From IMG/VR virus record IMGVR_UViG_3300010885_076238, positions 140,312 through 204,311 of that record: 64,000 bases of DNA. One strand, 5' to 3'. Shown here piece after piece: positions 44,060 to 54,074 of the stretch. Positions within the stretch are counted from its first letter, which is position 1; each line of letters starts with the position of its first letter. The position numbers were made by a program, and so were the translations under genes. A model generated the notes under the pieces. The model was not told the origin of the DNA, made no database searches, and was given only the letters and a program-made list of their open reading frames with translations.

Positions 44060-44251
44060 TTATAGAGAACATTTTTTTTCAATAGCAGTTTCAGATATAG
44101 CAACTGTATTCAATACTTTATCATATCCACAAATTTCCCAATCTACTTTATAAAATAGTTTATCTTCTATTTTTTCTAATATTTTTGTTTCAACGGTTCT
44201 TTGTCCTATTTTAAGAATAACCAATTCATTAACGGAAAATTTATGATTCAT
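44060..44251 (-). CDS. Small hypothetical protein
   Basis: Coupled ORF with GAGG RBS. Confidence 0.5.
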   Translation of the reverse strand: MNHKFSVNELVILKIGQRTVETKILEKIEDKLFYKVDWEICGYDKVLNTVAISETAIEKKCSL

Positions 44252-44466
44252 TTGTTTGCCTCAAGTACAAAATAATCAGGCTTTGAAGCAAAAACTCTAC
44301 CAAATAAAGTTAGCTTTTCTGCTCGATCAAACGCTTCATTTTTGTCATTTGTTTCATATACTATTTGTGAAAAACTATCAACCACTACATATTTTTTTTC
44401 AGATTTAGGCGTAGAGCAAGAGCAAAAATTTATAATTAATAGAGAAATAATTAAGCGAGAAAGCAT
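44248..44466 (-). CDS. Small putative lipoprotein
   Basis: Hydrophobic N-terminus followed by Cys. Confidence 0.5.
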   Translation of the reverse strand: MLSRLIISLLIINFCSCSTPKSEKKYVVVDSFSQIVYETNDKNEAFDRAEKLTLFGRVFASKPDYFVLEANK

Positions 44467-44520
44467 TTGTTTTCATCCTTGATGGGTTAATGTGAGTATA
44501 CCAGAATAACAATTAAATAA

Positions 44521-44551
44521 AAAGGGAGGATTGTTTTCACAATCCTCCCTT
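44521..44551 (-). terminator. Intrinsic terminator after tmRNA
   Basis: agggaggattg-ttttca-caatcctccct with a T-run on the minus strand. Confidence 0.8.
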
Positions 44552-44553
44552 AG

Positions 44554-44902
44554 TGGAGTCGAGGGGAGTCGAACCCCTGTCCGTAAGCGTACTCAATACG
44601 GCCTCTACACGTTTGTTTCATTGTTCATAAGACTTCATTAACCACAATGAACAAAGGTCTTTGAGTCTTTCAACCTATTTTCTCATATTGGGCTAAGTTG
44701 ACCAGTCCAATACCAGCAGGATTTTACATCAAACTTTTGGACGCTTCCCGCGTGGCTTCCTAAGTTCGTGGTTGCCTTCTCAGGCAGCCATTGCGTAACT
44801 ATTTGTGCCGGTTAAGGCTTTAGTCGATTTTTACGAGGCCATCGACCAACCTCGACGTGCCACCAATATCTCCTATCACTACGTCGATACCATTACGACC
44901 CC
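44554..44902 (-). ncRNA. ssrA: tmRNA; predicted tag (A)GTNSYAMAA
   Basis: 5' GGGGTCG..GGTATCGAC, 3' GGGGTTCGACTCCCCTCGACTCCA with G3.U70; tag ORF GGC ACA AAT AGT TAC GCA ATG GCT GCC TGA. Confidence 0.93.
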
Positions 44903-44913
44903 TTCACGGAATA

Positions 44914-45156
44914 TTATAGTTCATTATCGGCAAAAGTAAACTCTTCTTCTTTAATTAATCCTCTTGAAATTAAATATTCAAAAGTATCAAATAATTTTTT
45001 ACATTTTAGTTCATGCAATTGAGCTATTCCTATAAGAGCGTTTGAAATTTCATCTGCTTCTAGATTGTAATCCAAAATAGATTCGGCCAAAAGACTAACG
45101 TCGTCTTTTGTGTTCCAACACTTCATTATTTGCTCTTCTAAATCAAAACGATTCAT
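44914..45156 (-). CDS. Conserved phage hypothetical protein (RFDLEEQIM.CW)
   Basis: Familiar large-phage motif; AAGGA RBS. Confidence 0.7.
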   Translation of the reverse strand: MNRFDLEEQIMKCWNTKDDVSLLAESILDYNLEADEISNALIGIAQLHELKCKKLFDTFEYLISRGLIKEEEFTFADNEL

Positions 45157-45178
45157 GATTATTCCTTTTTAAAGTTAC

Positions 45179-46342
45179 TCAACAAAATCTTTGATCAAAA
45201 TTGCCAAATAGAAAATCTTGACGCAAAGAAATCATATCCATAATATGAAATTTAGACAATATCAAATTATCATAGAAATATAGATTTTCTTGTTTCTTGC
45301 TAAATTTTATCTTTTGATCATTAGAATCCTCAAAAGCAATTCCATTTTCAAAAATCCATTTCTTGTCATTGAAGTTATAGTTTTCAAAATTAAAATTTAT
45401 ATTAGAAACTATAGTATCAACCACTTCAACAAAACCGTTTTTATTTAATTTAAGAATGCATCTAGAATTTATTTTAGATGCATCTTTTGCATAAAAAACC
45501 CATAAACTATCTTCGAACTTTTGTTCAAATATTTCTATTATTTCTTTAGGATCCTCAAATTCTTTAGATTCTATGAGAAGCTCTTCTAATTGATCGCAAT
45601 TAGCAATATTGCCTATATGTGTGAATCTTGCATTTTCAATTAATCCTGTGTAGCTTTCAAAATTAGGATTAGGAGATAAAAAATAACATTCAGTCACAGG
45701 AACTTTAGCTATTCTAGCTAATAAATATATAACTTCGTCATCAACAATAGAAGATTCTTCGGAACAATTGTTCAAATAATCATTTGCTCTTTCATAATTT
45801 CTAATTTTATCCAAAGCAAATTTCGATAAAACAACATGCTCGCAGCCAGATGCAAAATATGGAATTGTCTTAAATTTATTTAAATCATTTGTTCCAACAA
45901 ATAAATCCATTTTCTTAATTACATTTTGAAGACCTTCGCTGATTTCATTTTTACTTAATAAAATTCTTAGAGAAGTCCTGTCGATATATCTTGGCAAATT
46001 ATAAAAAAAAGATGAAGAACCGGTGATTACAATAGGATCTTCATAATTATAAAAATAATCTAATCGTTTTATTGTTGAATCAATATCGGTGCAAGAATCA
46101 TCGCCAACTTGAAAAGCCCATCTAGATTCAATTTCATTTTTTAAAATATATTCAATAAATCTTGTTGAAGAGCTTCCAGAAAAAATAACCCAATCAAATG
46201 CTTCTGGCAAAAAGGAAGGTCTTGGCTCATTAGATAAAAATGCAACCTTAAATTTAAATTTATTAGATTTAAATCCTATTTTTAAAAAATTAAAAATTTT
46301 ATTTATATCAGAAACAAGAACAAAAAGAGTTAGATCTAACAT
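45179..46342 (-). CDS. Hypothetical protein, possible GT-A glycosyltransferase
   Basis: W.FQVGDDS resembles a degenerate DxD context. Confidence 0.5.
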   Translation of the reverse strand: MLDLTLFVLVSDINKIFNFLKIGFKSNKFKFKVAFLSNEPRPSFLPEAFDWVIFSGSSSTRFIEYILKNEIESRWAFQVGDDSCTDIDSTIKRLDYFYNYEDPIVITGSSSFFYNLPRYIDRTSLRILLSKNEISEGLQNVIKKMDLFVGTNDLNKFKTIPYFASGCEHVVLSKFALDKIRNYERANDYLNNCSEESSIVDDEVIYLLARIAKVPVTECYFLSPNPNFESYTGLIENARFTHIGNIANCDQLEELLIESKEFEDPKEIIEIFEQKFEDSLWVFYAKDASKINSRCILKLNKNGFVEVVDTIVSNINFNFENYNFNDKKWIFENGIAFEDSNDQKIKFSKKQENLYFYDNLILSKFHIMDMISLRQDFLFGNFDQRFC

Positions 46343-46360
46343 TGTGATAAGAATCCTAAA

Positions 46361-46434
46361 TCTAGGTGGAGGGAATTGAACTCTCGACCTCTTGCTCCCA
46401 AAGCAAGCGTTCTGCCAGACTGAACTACACCTAG
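46361..46434 (-). tRNA. tRNA-Pro(TGG)
   Basis: CTTGC-TTTGGGA-GCAAG. Confidence 0.93.
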
Positions 46435-46438
46435 TAAG

Positions 46439-46511
46439 TGGAGAAGATGGGACTCAAACCCACAACCTCCGCGTTGCAAACGCGATGCTCTATCAATTGA
46501 GCTACTTCCCC
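46439..46511 (-). tRNA. tRNA-Ala(TGC)
   Basis: G3.U70; loop TTTGCAA. Confidence 0.92.
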
Positions 46512-46515
46512 TTAG

Positions 46516-46586
46516 TTCCGGGACTACGATTCGAACGTAGAAAAAAAGAACCAAAATCTTTTGTGATACCGTTTCACCATCCCGGA
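46516..46586 (-). tRNA. tRNA-Gln(TTG)
   Basis: AAAGA-TTTTGGT-TCTTT. Confidence 0.9.
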
Positions 46587-46603
46587 GAATTACATGAATC
46601 GAG

Positions 46604-46676
46604 AGCGGGTGATCGGGTTCGAACCGACGACAGTTTGATTGGAAATCAAAAACTCTACCAACTGAGTTACACCCGC
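46604..46676 (-). tRNA. tRNA-Gly(TCC)
   Basis: GCGGGTG acceptor, U73, loop TTTCCAA. Confidence 0.93.
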
Positions 46677-46679
46677 AAA

Positions 46680-46752
46680 AGCTAGCGGTCGGAATTGAAC
46701 CGACGACAGGCAGTTTACAAAACTGCTACTCTACCAACTGAGTTACGCTAGC
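46680..46752 (-). tRNA. tRNA-Thr(TGT)
   Basis: GCAGT-TTTGTAA-ACTGC. Confidence 0.93.
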
Positions 46753-46774
46753 GTCAAATTATATTAGTATGTCA

Positions 46775-49108
46775 TCAACATTCTTTTCTTAAATTTGCAG
46801 CATAAAAATCGAATCTTTCATGTTCTGTTGGGGTTGCTAATAAAACTGCTGCTCTAATATTTTCTTTTAGTAGTTCTTGATAGCAGTGGCTCATTATTGT
46901 TTGTTCAAAAGGATGGGCATATTTTGTTTTCAGATAGCAATTATAATTTCCTTCTTTGGATAATACAATAGGCCAATTACAAATATAAATTTCTCCGGTT
47001 GCATAAGGAACTCCGTCATGAGATTTTATATTTTCAAATTTAAGGCAAGGAGAATTTGGGTCAAATCCGTGTTCGGGAAGCTTGCAATAATTTGGCCATC
47101 TTTCTTGTCTGACTGATTGGGGCACGTTGTACCAAGCCCATTGTTTTTCATTTGTTCCATAGAACTCAGAAAAATTTAGCTTTAAGAAATCAAATTTTTC
47201 TTTTTTAATTATTTCTAAACACTTATTGAATAGATCATCTATGTATCTATTGAATCCTGTTTTGCAGACGTAGTCCTGTGTGTCAACAAAAAACATATCG
47301 TCTTCAAAAAAGAAATAGTGACTTAGGTCTTTTTGTTCATTGAAATGCTCAGCGACCCATTGTCTTCCACCTGTGATGCCTATATTATCTTTCTTGATAT
47401 GTTCGAATCCATATTCTTCACATAACTCTAAATATCTTGGTGTTGTTGACAAGTCTGTTGAATTATCTAATAAAAATTTCTTGGTTTTCTTTAGAAAATT
47501 TTCATCATAACTTACCATTGATTTCAATAGAGTTTCAAATTGTTTTGGAGAATTAAATGTTATAACATATAGTCCTACGCCGTTAGTTTTAGGCTTAGGG
47601 ACTACTTGCGTATACTTTTTGAGTTCTTCAAAAAAGGGCCAAACCAAACCGTTTCCTTCTACCTCGAATCTGTGAATGGTCTCAGGATTCTGATGGCAGA
47701 GTATTGTGAATATGCACTCGTCTGCCCCCATTAAATTTTGTTGCAAGGTTGAATTAAGTGTAGCGTAATATGATTCATTGATTTTATGAATCGCTTCTTT
47801 TTCTCCTCCAAAAAACCCACCACGAGCCACATAGTTTACAAAATCTGTTCTGCAATGTTTTGCCATAGCATTACGTTCAAAGCCATGTATTTCGGTATTG
47901 CCTGTATACGGGTAGGTTATATTCATAAATTCAGCATGGTTTGAAACCATGTAATTTTCTAAATTATTTAAAACTTTATCTTGATGAAAGTACCCGGAAC
48001 CGACAGTGTTTGTTAGTCCTCCATCTATCCAGAAAAAATACTTTGAATTGAATGGATTTAGTACTGCTGAGTCGTTTACCATAAACATTTTTGTAAACAT
48101 CATGGCGTTATAATATCTTAGAGCTGCTTGTGGAGATTCTCTAAGCCATCCTGCCTGGGAGAGCCAATTTTCGTCTTGTCTAATTTCTTGGATTTTATCA
48201 AAAAAGGGATTCCAAGTTTCAAAATCTTTATTTTCTTTTATGAATATTTTGGTTGGTTTTCCTTCTCTTATTTTTTCGACTTCTTCTCTTAGAGAGCTTG
48301 GTATCCAAATACACATTTGGACGTTTGTTGCTAGCATCTCAAAGAATTTTTCTTTATAGTAAGAAAACTCTCTATGCGCCCAACCTTGTAAATTTTCTCT
48401 TTCCAAATCCCAAAGTCCAGTAACAATAGTTATATCTTTGTTTATTTCATTATCATCAACCATTACAACCTCTTTTTTTATATTTCTTCTTATTATTTTA
48501 AGGGCCATAGAAGACCAGCCAGATTCCCATCCACAAGTCGCAATAGTTTCAAATCTATATTTTTTTTCGTCGAAGGAATCGGAAAATGCTTTTATACTAT
48601 GATGTTCCCAACCAGGATAGTTGTGAACATCATCTATAATTAGTACGGCTTCATCTTCTAGCCAATTGAATATAATATCAAAAGCGTTTTTAGAAGAAGA
48701 ATAGAGATCTAGATCAACATGGGCAAATTTTATTTTTTGATTTTTTTCTAGTAGGAATTTTTCAAGAGTATCTTCTATTTTACCTACGATAAATTTATTT
48801 TTTTCAGTATCATTTGGAACATTTGTGTTGAAGTGATCTTTGCTAAAGATTAATTCATCTTTTTCTGTTTTCCAATCTTCAGGTAAGCCAGAAAAAGTAT
48901 CAAATCCATAAACAACATGATCTTTCGTATTGTTGTTTATCATTTGTAGCGTATGACCACTAAAAACGCCCAATTCCATAAAAAGAGAATTTATGTTTAT
49001 GTCTTTTAAGACATGCTTGAAGTAATCTGGCTGATACCTCCAATCTTTGACGGGATAGTCAGGGGCACCAGAATTTTCTATTATTTTAACTATTTCATTT
49101 ACATTCAT
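46775..49108 (-). CDS. Fusion: TylF-like methyltransferase + HtrL/WlaTC-like + GT-A glycosyltransferase
   Basis: ELGVFSG..GFDTFSGLPEDW..HVDLDLYSS; TIVTGLWD..FFWIDGG; FFEDD. Confidence 0.8.
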   Translation of the reverse strand: MNVNEIVKIIENSGAPDYPVKDWRYQPDYFKHVLKDININSLFMELGVFSGHTLQMINNNTKDHVVYGFDTFSGLPEDWKTEKDELIFSKDHFNTNVPNDTEKNKFIVGKIEDTLEKFLLEKNQKIKFAHVDLDLYSSSKNAFDIIFNWLEDEAVLIIDDVHNYPGWEHHSIKAFSDSFDEKKYRFETIATCGWESGWSSMALKIIRRNIKKEVVMVDDNEINKDITIVTGLWDLERENLQGWAHREFSYYKEKFFEMLATNVQMCIWIPSSLREEVEKIREGKPTKIFIKENKDFETWNPFFDKIQEIRQDENWLSQAGWLRESPQAALRYYNAMMFTKMFMVNDSAVLNPFNSKYFFWIDGGLTNTVGSGYFHQDKVLNNLENYMVSNHAEFMNITYPYTGNTEIHGFERNAMAKHCRTDFVNYVARGGFFGGEKEAIHKINESYYATLNSTLQQNLMGADECIFTILCHQNPETIHRFEVEGNGLVWPFFEELKKYTQVVPKPKTNGVGLYVITFNSPKQFETLLKSMVSYDENFLKKTKKFLLDNSTDLSTTPRYLELCEEYGFEHIKKDNIGITGGRQWVAEHFNEQKDLSHYFFFEDDMFFVDTQDYVCKTGFNRYIDDLFNKCLEIIKKEKFDFLKLNFSEFYGTNEKQWAWYNVPQSVRQERWPNYCKLPEHGFDPNSPCLKFENIKSHDGVPYATGEIYICNWPIVLSKEGNYNCYLKTKYAHPFEQTIMSHCYQELLKENIRAAVLLATPTEHERFDFYAANLRKEC

Positions 49109-49132
49109 AAACTAAAGTAGTTTCTATCAGTA

Positions 49133-49360
49133 TTATTTTTCACAATGAGACTTCTCACAAAATGGAAAATTTGGTGTAATAAGAATTAGTTTATTATTTT
49201 TTTTAATATAATATCCTCCATTTTTTAAAGGATTATTTCCAAAAAGTTCTTTTTCAGCTTCTACCCAATACTGTTCAGAATTGCCAAGTTTTCCAGATTG
49301 CTCCCACTTAATATAAGCTAATTCTCTAATTTTTTGTTGCAAATCTTGAAACGTGATCAT
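49133..49360 (-). CDS. DUF2934-like protein
   Basis: IRELAYIKWEQSG......W..AEKEL. Confidence 0.7.
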   Translation of the reverse strand: MITFQDLQQKIRELAYIKWEQSGKLGNSEQYWVEAEKELFGNNPLKNGGYYIKKNNKLILITPNFPFCEKSHCEK

Positions 49361-49460
49361 TTTATTTCGCCTTGAGGTTGTCAAGAACTCGAATCAATCA
49401 GAGTACCAAATTTTTAATTAATTTACAAGCATTGGGCATAAATAAAAATAAAAGGAAAAA

Positions 49461-50777
49461 ATGAATTTTTTATTATACTGTCAAAATAAAGAAAAATACA
49501 ATGAGGCTTTTTTAGACTCTATGACAAAGAGTTTCAAGTCCAGTTATGATCAGTCTCAGCAAGGAATTGATCAAAATTATGAGAAATACACAGATGTAGC
49601 AAAGCAAGCTTTATCAAAGGCTGGCAGCACAGCAAAAATGCTTTCTCAGAAAACGGGAGTTCCTCTTCCTTTAGCAACCGCACTTATAGCAGCTGGAATG
49701 ACCGGAGGACCAACAGCAATTCCATTTGCTGCACTCCTTTATTTTGTCAAACAACCACTAATGAAAGGTGCAAATAAAGCATTTGATTCGACTTGGGATG
49801 CTGGGGCCAAGGCTGTTCAGGGCGTTAGAAATGCTGTTTCTAGAGACCAACCTCAGTCACAGGCCCAATTGCAACCTGAATCTTTTAGGGCATTTATAGA
49901 AGCCGATAGTTGGGGAGATTGGGCAGGAGAGAAATTGGGAGGAGCCGCCGGAACTGTTGCTGGGAATTTAGCAGGATATGGTGGAAAGATTGCCACCTCA
50001 ATAGGCAGTAGAATGAAAGAAATTGGGCAGTACGCTAAAAATAATCCAAAAGAAGTTGCAAGAATGGCATTTTTGGTAGGTGCTGGTGCCGCTATTGGTG
50101 CTGGAGTGGGTAAAATCACTCATGAGGTCAAAGATTTCATAATGGAAAAAATAAAAGACCAAGGAATAGATCCACAAGTTCTTAGCTGGGTGAAACAAAA
50201 TGTGGTATTAGATGATAACGGAAAGTCGGCAACTTCAAGTAGAATTACTTCTAAAGGCGGACAAGAAGTAAATCATCCTTATTTCATCAACGATGACGGA
50301 CACAAAGTTTACGGCGATCAATCAATTTCAACAACAGATAAATTATTGGGAAACAAGGGGGTAAGTAACCCTGGGCCTAGTGATCTTCATGGTCACGGTA
50401 GAGGAATTGGAATGACCACAACTTCAAGTAGTACCGGAGGTTCAAATACACTTACTAGAGTTGGCGTCCCGAGCAGTCCCGATTTAAGAGACACCTATAG
50501 AGATGCTGCAAGAGTTCTGCAAGGAGAGTATAAACCTGGGGTTCTTGGTGGCATTTTAGGAGGGGATGCAGAAAGAAGTGACGCAACAAATGCAATGCTT
50601 CAGTCTTCTCCTACTCCATTAACTTCTAAATTAGATTTAAAACATTACGGTCATAGTGGCTCTGAAGAAATTGCCAAAAGATTGGCTGCTGCAAAAGCAC
50701 AGTTCTCACCAGACACTTATACTAGAGCTGGGGCGATGGCGGGCGGAGCGGTTGGCGGAACAGGCAATAGGAGATAA
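49461..50777 (+). CDS. Gly/Ala-rich putative ejected/internal protein
   Basis: Hydrophobic glycine-zipper helices; internal ESFRAFIEA. Confidence 0.6.
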   Translation: MNFLLYCQNKEKYNEAFLDSMTKSFKSSYDQSQQGIDQNYEKYTDVAKQALSKAGSTAKMLSQKTGVPLPLATALIAAGMTGGPTAIPFAALLYFVKQPLMKGANKAFDSTWDAGAKAVQGVRNAVSRDQPQSQAQLQPESFRAFIEADSWGDWAGEKLGGAAGTVAGNLAGYGGKIATSIGSRMKEIGQYAKNNPKEVARMAFLVGAGAAIGAGVGKITHEVKDFIMEKIKDQGIDPQVLSWVKQNVVLDDNGKSATSSRITSKGGQEVNHPYFINDDGHKVYGDQSISTTDKLLGNKGVSNPGPSDLHGHGRGIGMTTTSSSTGGSNTLTRVGVPSSPDLRDTYRDAARVLQGEYKPGVLGGILGGDAERSDATNAMLQSSPTPLTSKLDLKHYGHSGSEEIAKRLAAAKAQFSPDTYTRAGAMAGGAVGGTGNRR

Positions 50778-51662
50778 TTATCTATTTCTTTTGATATAGG
50801 ACTTAATTACTTGTTGTAAAAAGCTTGTGTTTTCTGTTGGATTATTTTCTAACAAAAATTCATAAGGACCTTCAAAATTATTGTGATAAGTTCCTGGCTC
50901 GAATTTGAAAAATCTTTTATTGAATACTGGGGGAATTCCATTTTTATAATGAATGAATGGAACATCTAAATCTTCAGAGTGCATTAATTCACAAGTTAAG
51001 AAAGAACCTGTTGCACTGTAGAAGCCGATTGATTCTAAGAAAGTATAAATCCAACATGTTTTTTCAATCGGAAAACTTGAATCTTTTGTCTTAATTAGTT
51101 GTTCTAAATTTATAATAAGTTTATCAAAAAATTTAGACAAAAAGTCTCTATTCAAACTTTCATTGAATATAATTGGCATTGAATATGGAAAAGTTTCGAT
51201 AATATTATCTATATCTTCTTCTTTTGCTGCATCTTTTTCAACGAGCCTTTCTTTTACACCAGAACTTCTAATGTATTCTAATGTCAAGTCATTCTTGAAA
51301 ACATTCTGATTATTTATTACAATGTCCGCTTCTTTATTATACTTGTCGATTGGATTTTTCATAATCATATCGGCATGTATAACAGTAAATGGCAGATCTA
51401 TTTCTCCAGATTCAAAAAATCTTTTTATTGTATAGAAACGGTTGGCTGGGGGGAATCCTCTTTCTTTTCCAACGTTTGAATGAATTATCTTTTTGCCATA
51501 TTTAACTATATTTTTTGAATATCCTCTAAATTTTGGCTCGTCGTTTTCGGCAATTGATATAACCAGATTATCTTGAAGCCCTTGCATAAGAAAGCTTTCA
51601 ATTAATAGTTCTAATTGCCAATAAAAATAATTAGAATTCTCAACACTTACTAGATATTGCAT
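50778..51662 (-). CDS. Peptidyl-Ser/Hyp O-glycosyltransferase-like (SGT1/HPAT-like) protein
   Basis: YFYWQ..L..SF, P.NR, IHADMI, IHY motifs. Confidence 0.55.
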   Translation of the reverse strand: MQYLVSVENSNYFYWQLELLIESFLMQGLQDNLVISIAENDEPKFRGYSKNIVKYGKKIIHSNVGKERGFPPANRFYTIKRFFESGEIDLPFTVIHADMIMKNPIDKYNKEADIVINNQNVFKNDLTLEYIRSSGVKERLVEKDAAKEEDIDNIIETFPYSMPIIFNESLNRDFLSKFFDKLIINLEQLIKTKDSSFPIEKTCWIYTFLESIGFYSATGSFLTCELMHSEDLDVPFIHYKNGIPPVFNKRFFKFEPGTYHNNFEGPYEFLLENNPTENTSFLQQVIKSYIKRNR

Positions 51663-51709
51663 ATTTTTTCCCCATAAAAATCTACAATAAAATAGTAATA
51701 AAAAAAATT

Positions 51710-53011
51710 TTATTCCAATTGTTTTTTAAACATTTCTTTAATTTTTTCTTTATTAATAGTTTTAATTAATTGGTTTCTTGCAAAAGGATGCGAATTAGAA
51801 AGTTCAGCAGAATTCCATCCAACTAATTCTTCTCTATTTGGGACAAATTTAGCAAAGGCTTTAACCATTTTTGTCCATTTTGGTTTTAGACTTCTTCCTT
51901 CTACATTGAAGAGTTCGACCCAATTTCTTATTTGTTCTTCTGATAGTCCTGAGATTTTTTTACTTGCAAGTAAATCTTCTAAGTTATCTAAATTGAAATC
52001 TTTGAGTTTCAACAAACAAACAACTGCACATTTTTCTTGACTAGTCCAGTTTGACAAGACATTTTCAACTTCATCTATTGGATTGTCTTGTAATATCCAT
52101 GCTAAGGCCAAGATTTTATCTTTTTTATTAGAAAAATCAGGAGGAACATCTAAATTTAAAGAAACATTTTTAAATATTTTTTCTAAAAGTCCAACTTTGC
52201 TATAGTTTTCCAAATATTTTCTTGGATCAATATCAGGATTGGTGAGTCCTTTCAAGAATTCTTCTCTTATTTTTTCATAAGGAAGACTATCAACTTCTGA
52301 TCTTAATTCTGCTATTGCCTTTTTTATATCTTTATCTAATTCACCCTTTCCGTATTGAGAATAAAATCTTATTGTTCTCATCATTCTTAGTTTATCTTCT
52401 CTAAATTTAGTCTCAGGATTTCCTATAGATTTTATATTGCCATGGACTATATCGTACCATCCCTTTTTAGTTGGATCGTATAATTTATTATTTTCCCCAT
52501 CAGATTTTGATAATTCAATATACAAAGAGTTTATGGTGAGATCTCTTCTTTGGGAATCATGTTCGATGTTATCTGTGTATTGGTCGCCTTTCATAAGTGT
52601 TGAAATTTGAAATTCGTCTCCTTCAACATTAACGATTACATTGTTTCCTTCTATTGTGAAAGATTTCTTATGATTATCTTGAGAAAATCCATAATTTTTA
52701 AGTATGATTGATACTTGTTTTGGAGTGGCATCAGTTGCGAGGTTGTAATTCTTGGGAGTTTTATTTCTCAAGAAATCCCGAACAGAACCGCCTGTTAAGT
52801 ATAGGGATTTTCTAGGCATCTTAATTTCTTTCGAAGTATCTTTCATTAAAGAAATATCACTGCTTTCTTCAAAAGCTTTTATAATTGGCTTCATGTTTGA
52901 TGGTGGTACAAAGCCTTTTTCTAATTTTATAAATTCTTTCTTCCAATCCTTATTTTCGGTTTGTTCCGAGTTTTCTATTTTGGATTCAAGAAATTTCTTA
53001 AAAGATTTCAC
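51710..53011 (-). CDS. Class II CCA-adding/poly(A) polymerase homolog with DxD replaced by NxN
   Basis: GGSVRD..PKNYNLATDATP, RRDLTINSL, EDKLRMMR.IRF; GTG start with GGAGG RBS. Confidence 0.85.
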   Translation of the reverse strand: MKSFKKFLESKIENSEQTENKDWKKEFIKLEKGFVPPSNMKPIIKAFEESSDISLMKDTSKEIKMPRKSLYLTGGSVRDFLRNKTPKNYNLATDATPKQVSIILKNYGFSQDNHKKSFTIEGNNVIVNVEGDEFQISTLMKGDQYTDNIEHDSQRRDLTINSLYIELSKSDGENNKLYDPTKKGWYDIVHGNIKSIGNPETKFREDKLRMMRTIRFYSQYGKGELDKDIKKAIAELRSEVDSLPYEKIREEFLKGLTNPDIDPRKYLENYSKVGLLEKIFKNVSLNLDVPPDFSNKKDKILALAWILQDNPIDEVENVLSNWTSQEKCAVVCLLKLKDFNLDNLEDLLASKKISGLSEEQIRNWVELFNVEGRSLKPKWTKMVKAFAKFVPNREELVGWNSAELSNSHPFARNQLIKTINKEKIKEMFKKQLE

Positions 53012-53760
53012 ATTTCCTCCTCTTCTCTTTGCCAATTATAATCACCACTAGCAGTTTTTTTCTTATTATATTTGAATACGTTAATTAAAATAAAATAACC
53101 ATTTTTTTCCAAATTCATTTGTTTTTCAATGGTTGGATTTTCTATATCGTATATATTTTGCATTTTTTTATCTTTATCTTTTAATCTTAATTGATTATAA
53201 ATTTTAATTTTAGACAAAGCGGTTGTAAATTCTAAAGCAATATTATAAAGAGACATTTTGTAATTTCCAACAATGTCTTTATTTTCTGTCTCTAAACCTT
53301 CATAATAAGGTTGAAACTTATTTTCAAAATTTGAATTATTAAGTTCGCCAACCTGAACTACTCGGGGATCTCTTTCAGGTTCTGGGATTATTTGTGAAAC
53401 TTTAAAGAACGTATGTCTTCTATTAGAAATGGAAATGGGATTCCAACCTTCAGGCACGTTGTCTGGGCCAAATGGCATCTGTAGGACCATGTTGTCTTGA
53501 ACCATTTGATCTTTGGTAAATAAATCAAGTTTTAAAATTGTACTAGCAGCATCAACAGGCCCCGTTTCTTTTCTCATTCTATCGCCCATGGCTTGAACCA
53601 AATTGCCAGCAACTGTTAGTGGAATGCCAGGTTCATTCGAATGGCCGAACGTAGAATAAGGGCTTAGTTTTCCTATTCTTAAATTTTGAAGGTCAGCGGC
53701 AGCAGATCGAACTTTGCCAGTGGCTTCTTTTATTTGTATCCATTCACTAAATTTTTTCAT
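53008..53760 (-). CDS. Putative internal head protein
   Basis: MKKFSEWIQIKE start at 53760. Confidence 0.6.
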   Translation of the reverse strand: MKKFSEWIQIKEATGKVRSAAADLQNLRIGKLSPYSTFGHSNEPGIPLTVAGNLVQAMGDRMRKETGPVDAASTILKLDLFTKDQMVQDNMVLQMPFGPDNVPEGWNPISISNRRHTFFKVSQIIPEPERDPRVVQVGELNNSNFENKFQPYYEGLETENKDIVGNYKMSLYNIALEFTTALSKIKIYNQLRLKDKDKKMQNIYDIENPTIEKQMNLEKNGYFILINVFKYNKKKTASGDYNWQREEEEM

Positions 53761-54074
53761 ATTGGTGGTTGTAATCCTAATTTTAATAATATATATGCAG
53801 CCATTGTCACCCAAATTATTTGCACAACAAAATTAAAAATTGATTTCCAATTTTGATCATGGTCTTTCTGGGAAATTTCTACGGTTTTAATCCTAATTTC
53901 TAATTCATGTATATTGTCATTTAGTTTATCAATGTTTTTATTTTCTAAAATTTTAACAAAAGTGTCTATTTGTGCATGTTTTTCTTCTAATTCTTTTGTT
54001 TTCTTAAATAAAAACTTAATTTTATCTTGGTGCTTATCCAGCGTTTCTTTGTGATTGAAATTTTCTTCTGTCAT
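53757..54074 (-). CDS. Coiled-coil protein with C-terminal TM helix
   Basis: Heptad pattern, then IFNFVVQIIWVTMAAYILL. Confidence 0.6.
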   Translation of the reverse strand: MTEENFNHKETLDKHQDKIKFLFKKTKELEEKHAQIDTFVKILENKNIDKLNDNIHELEIRIKTVEISQKDHDQNWKSIFNFVVQIIWVTMAAYILLKLGLQPPI

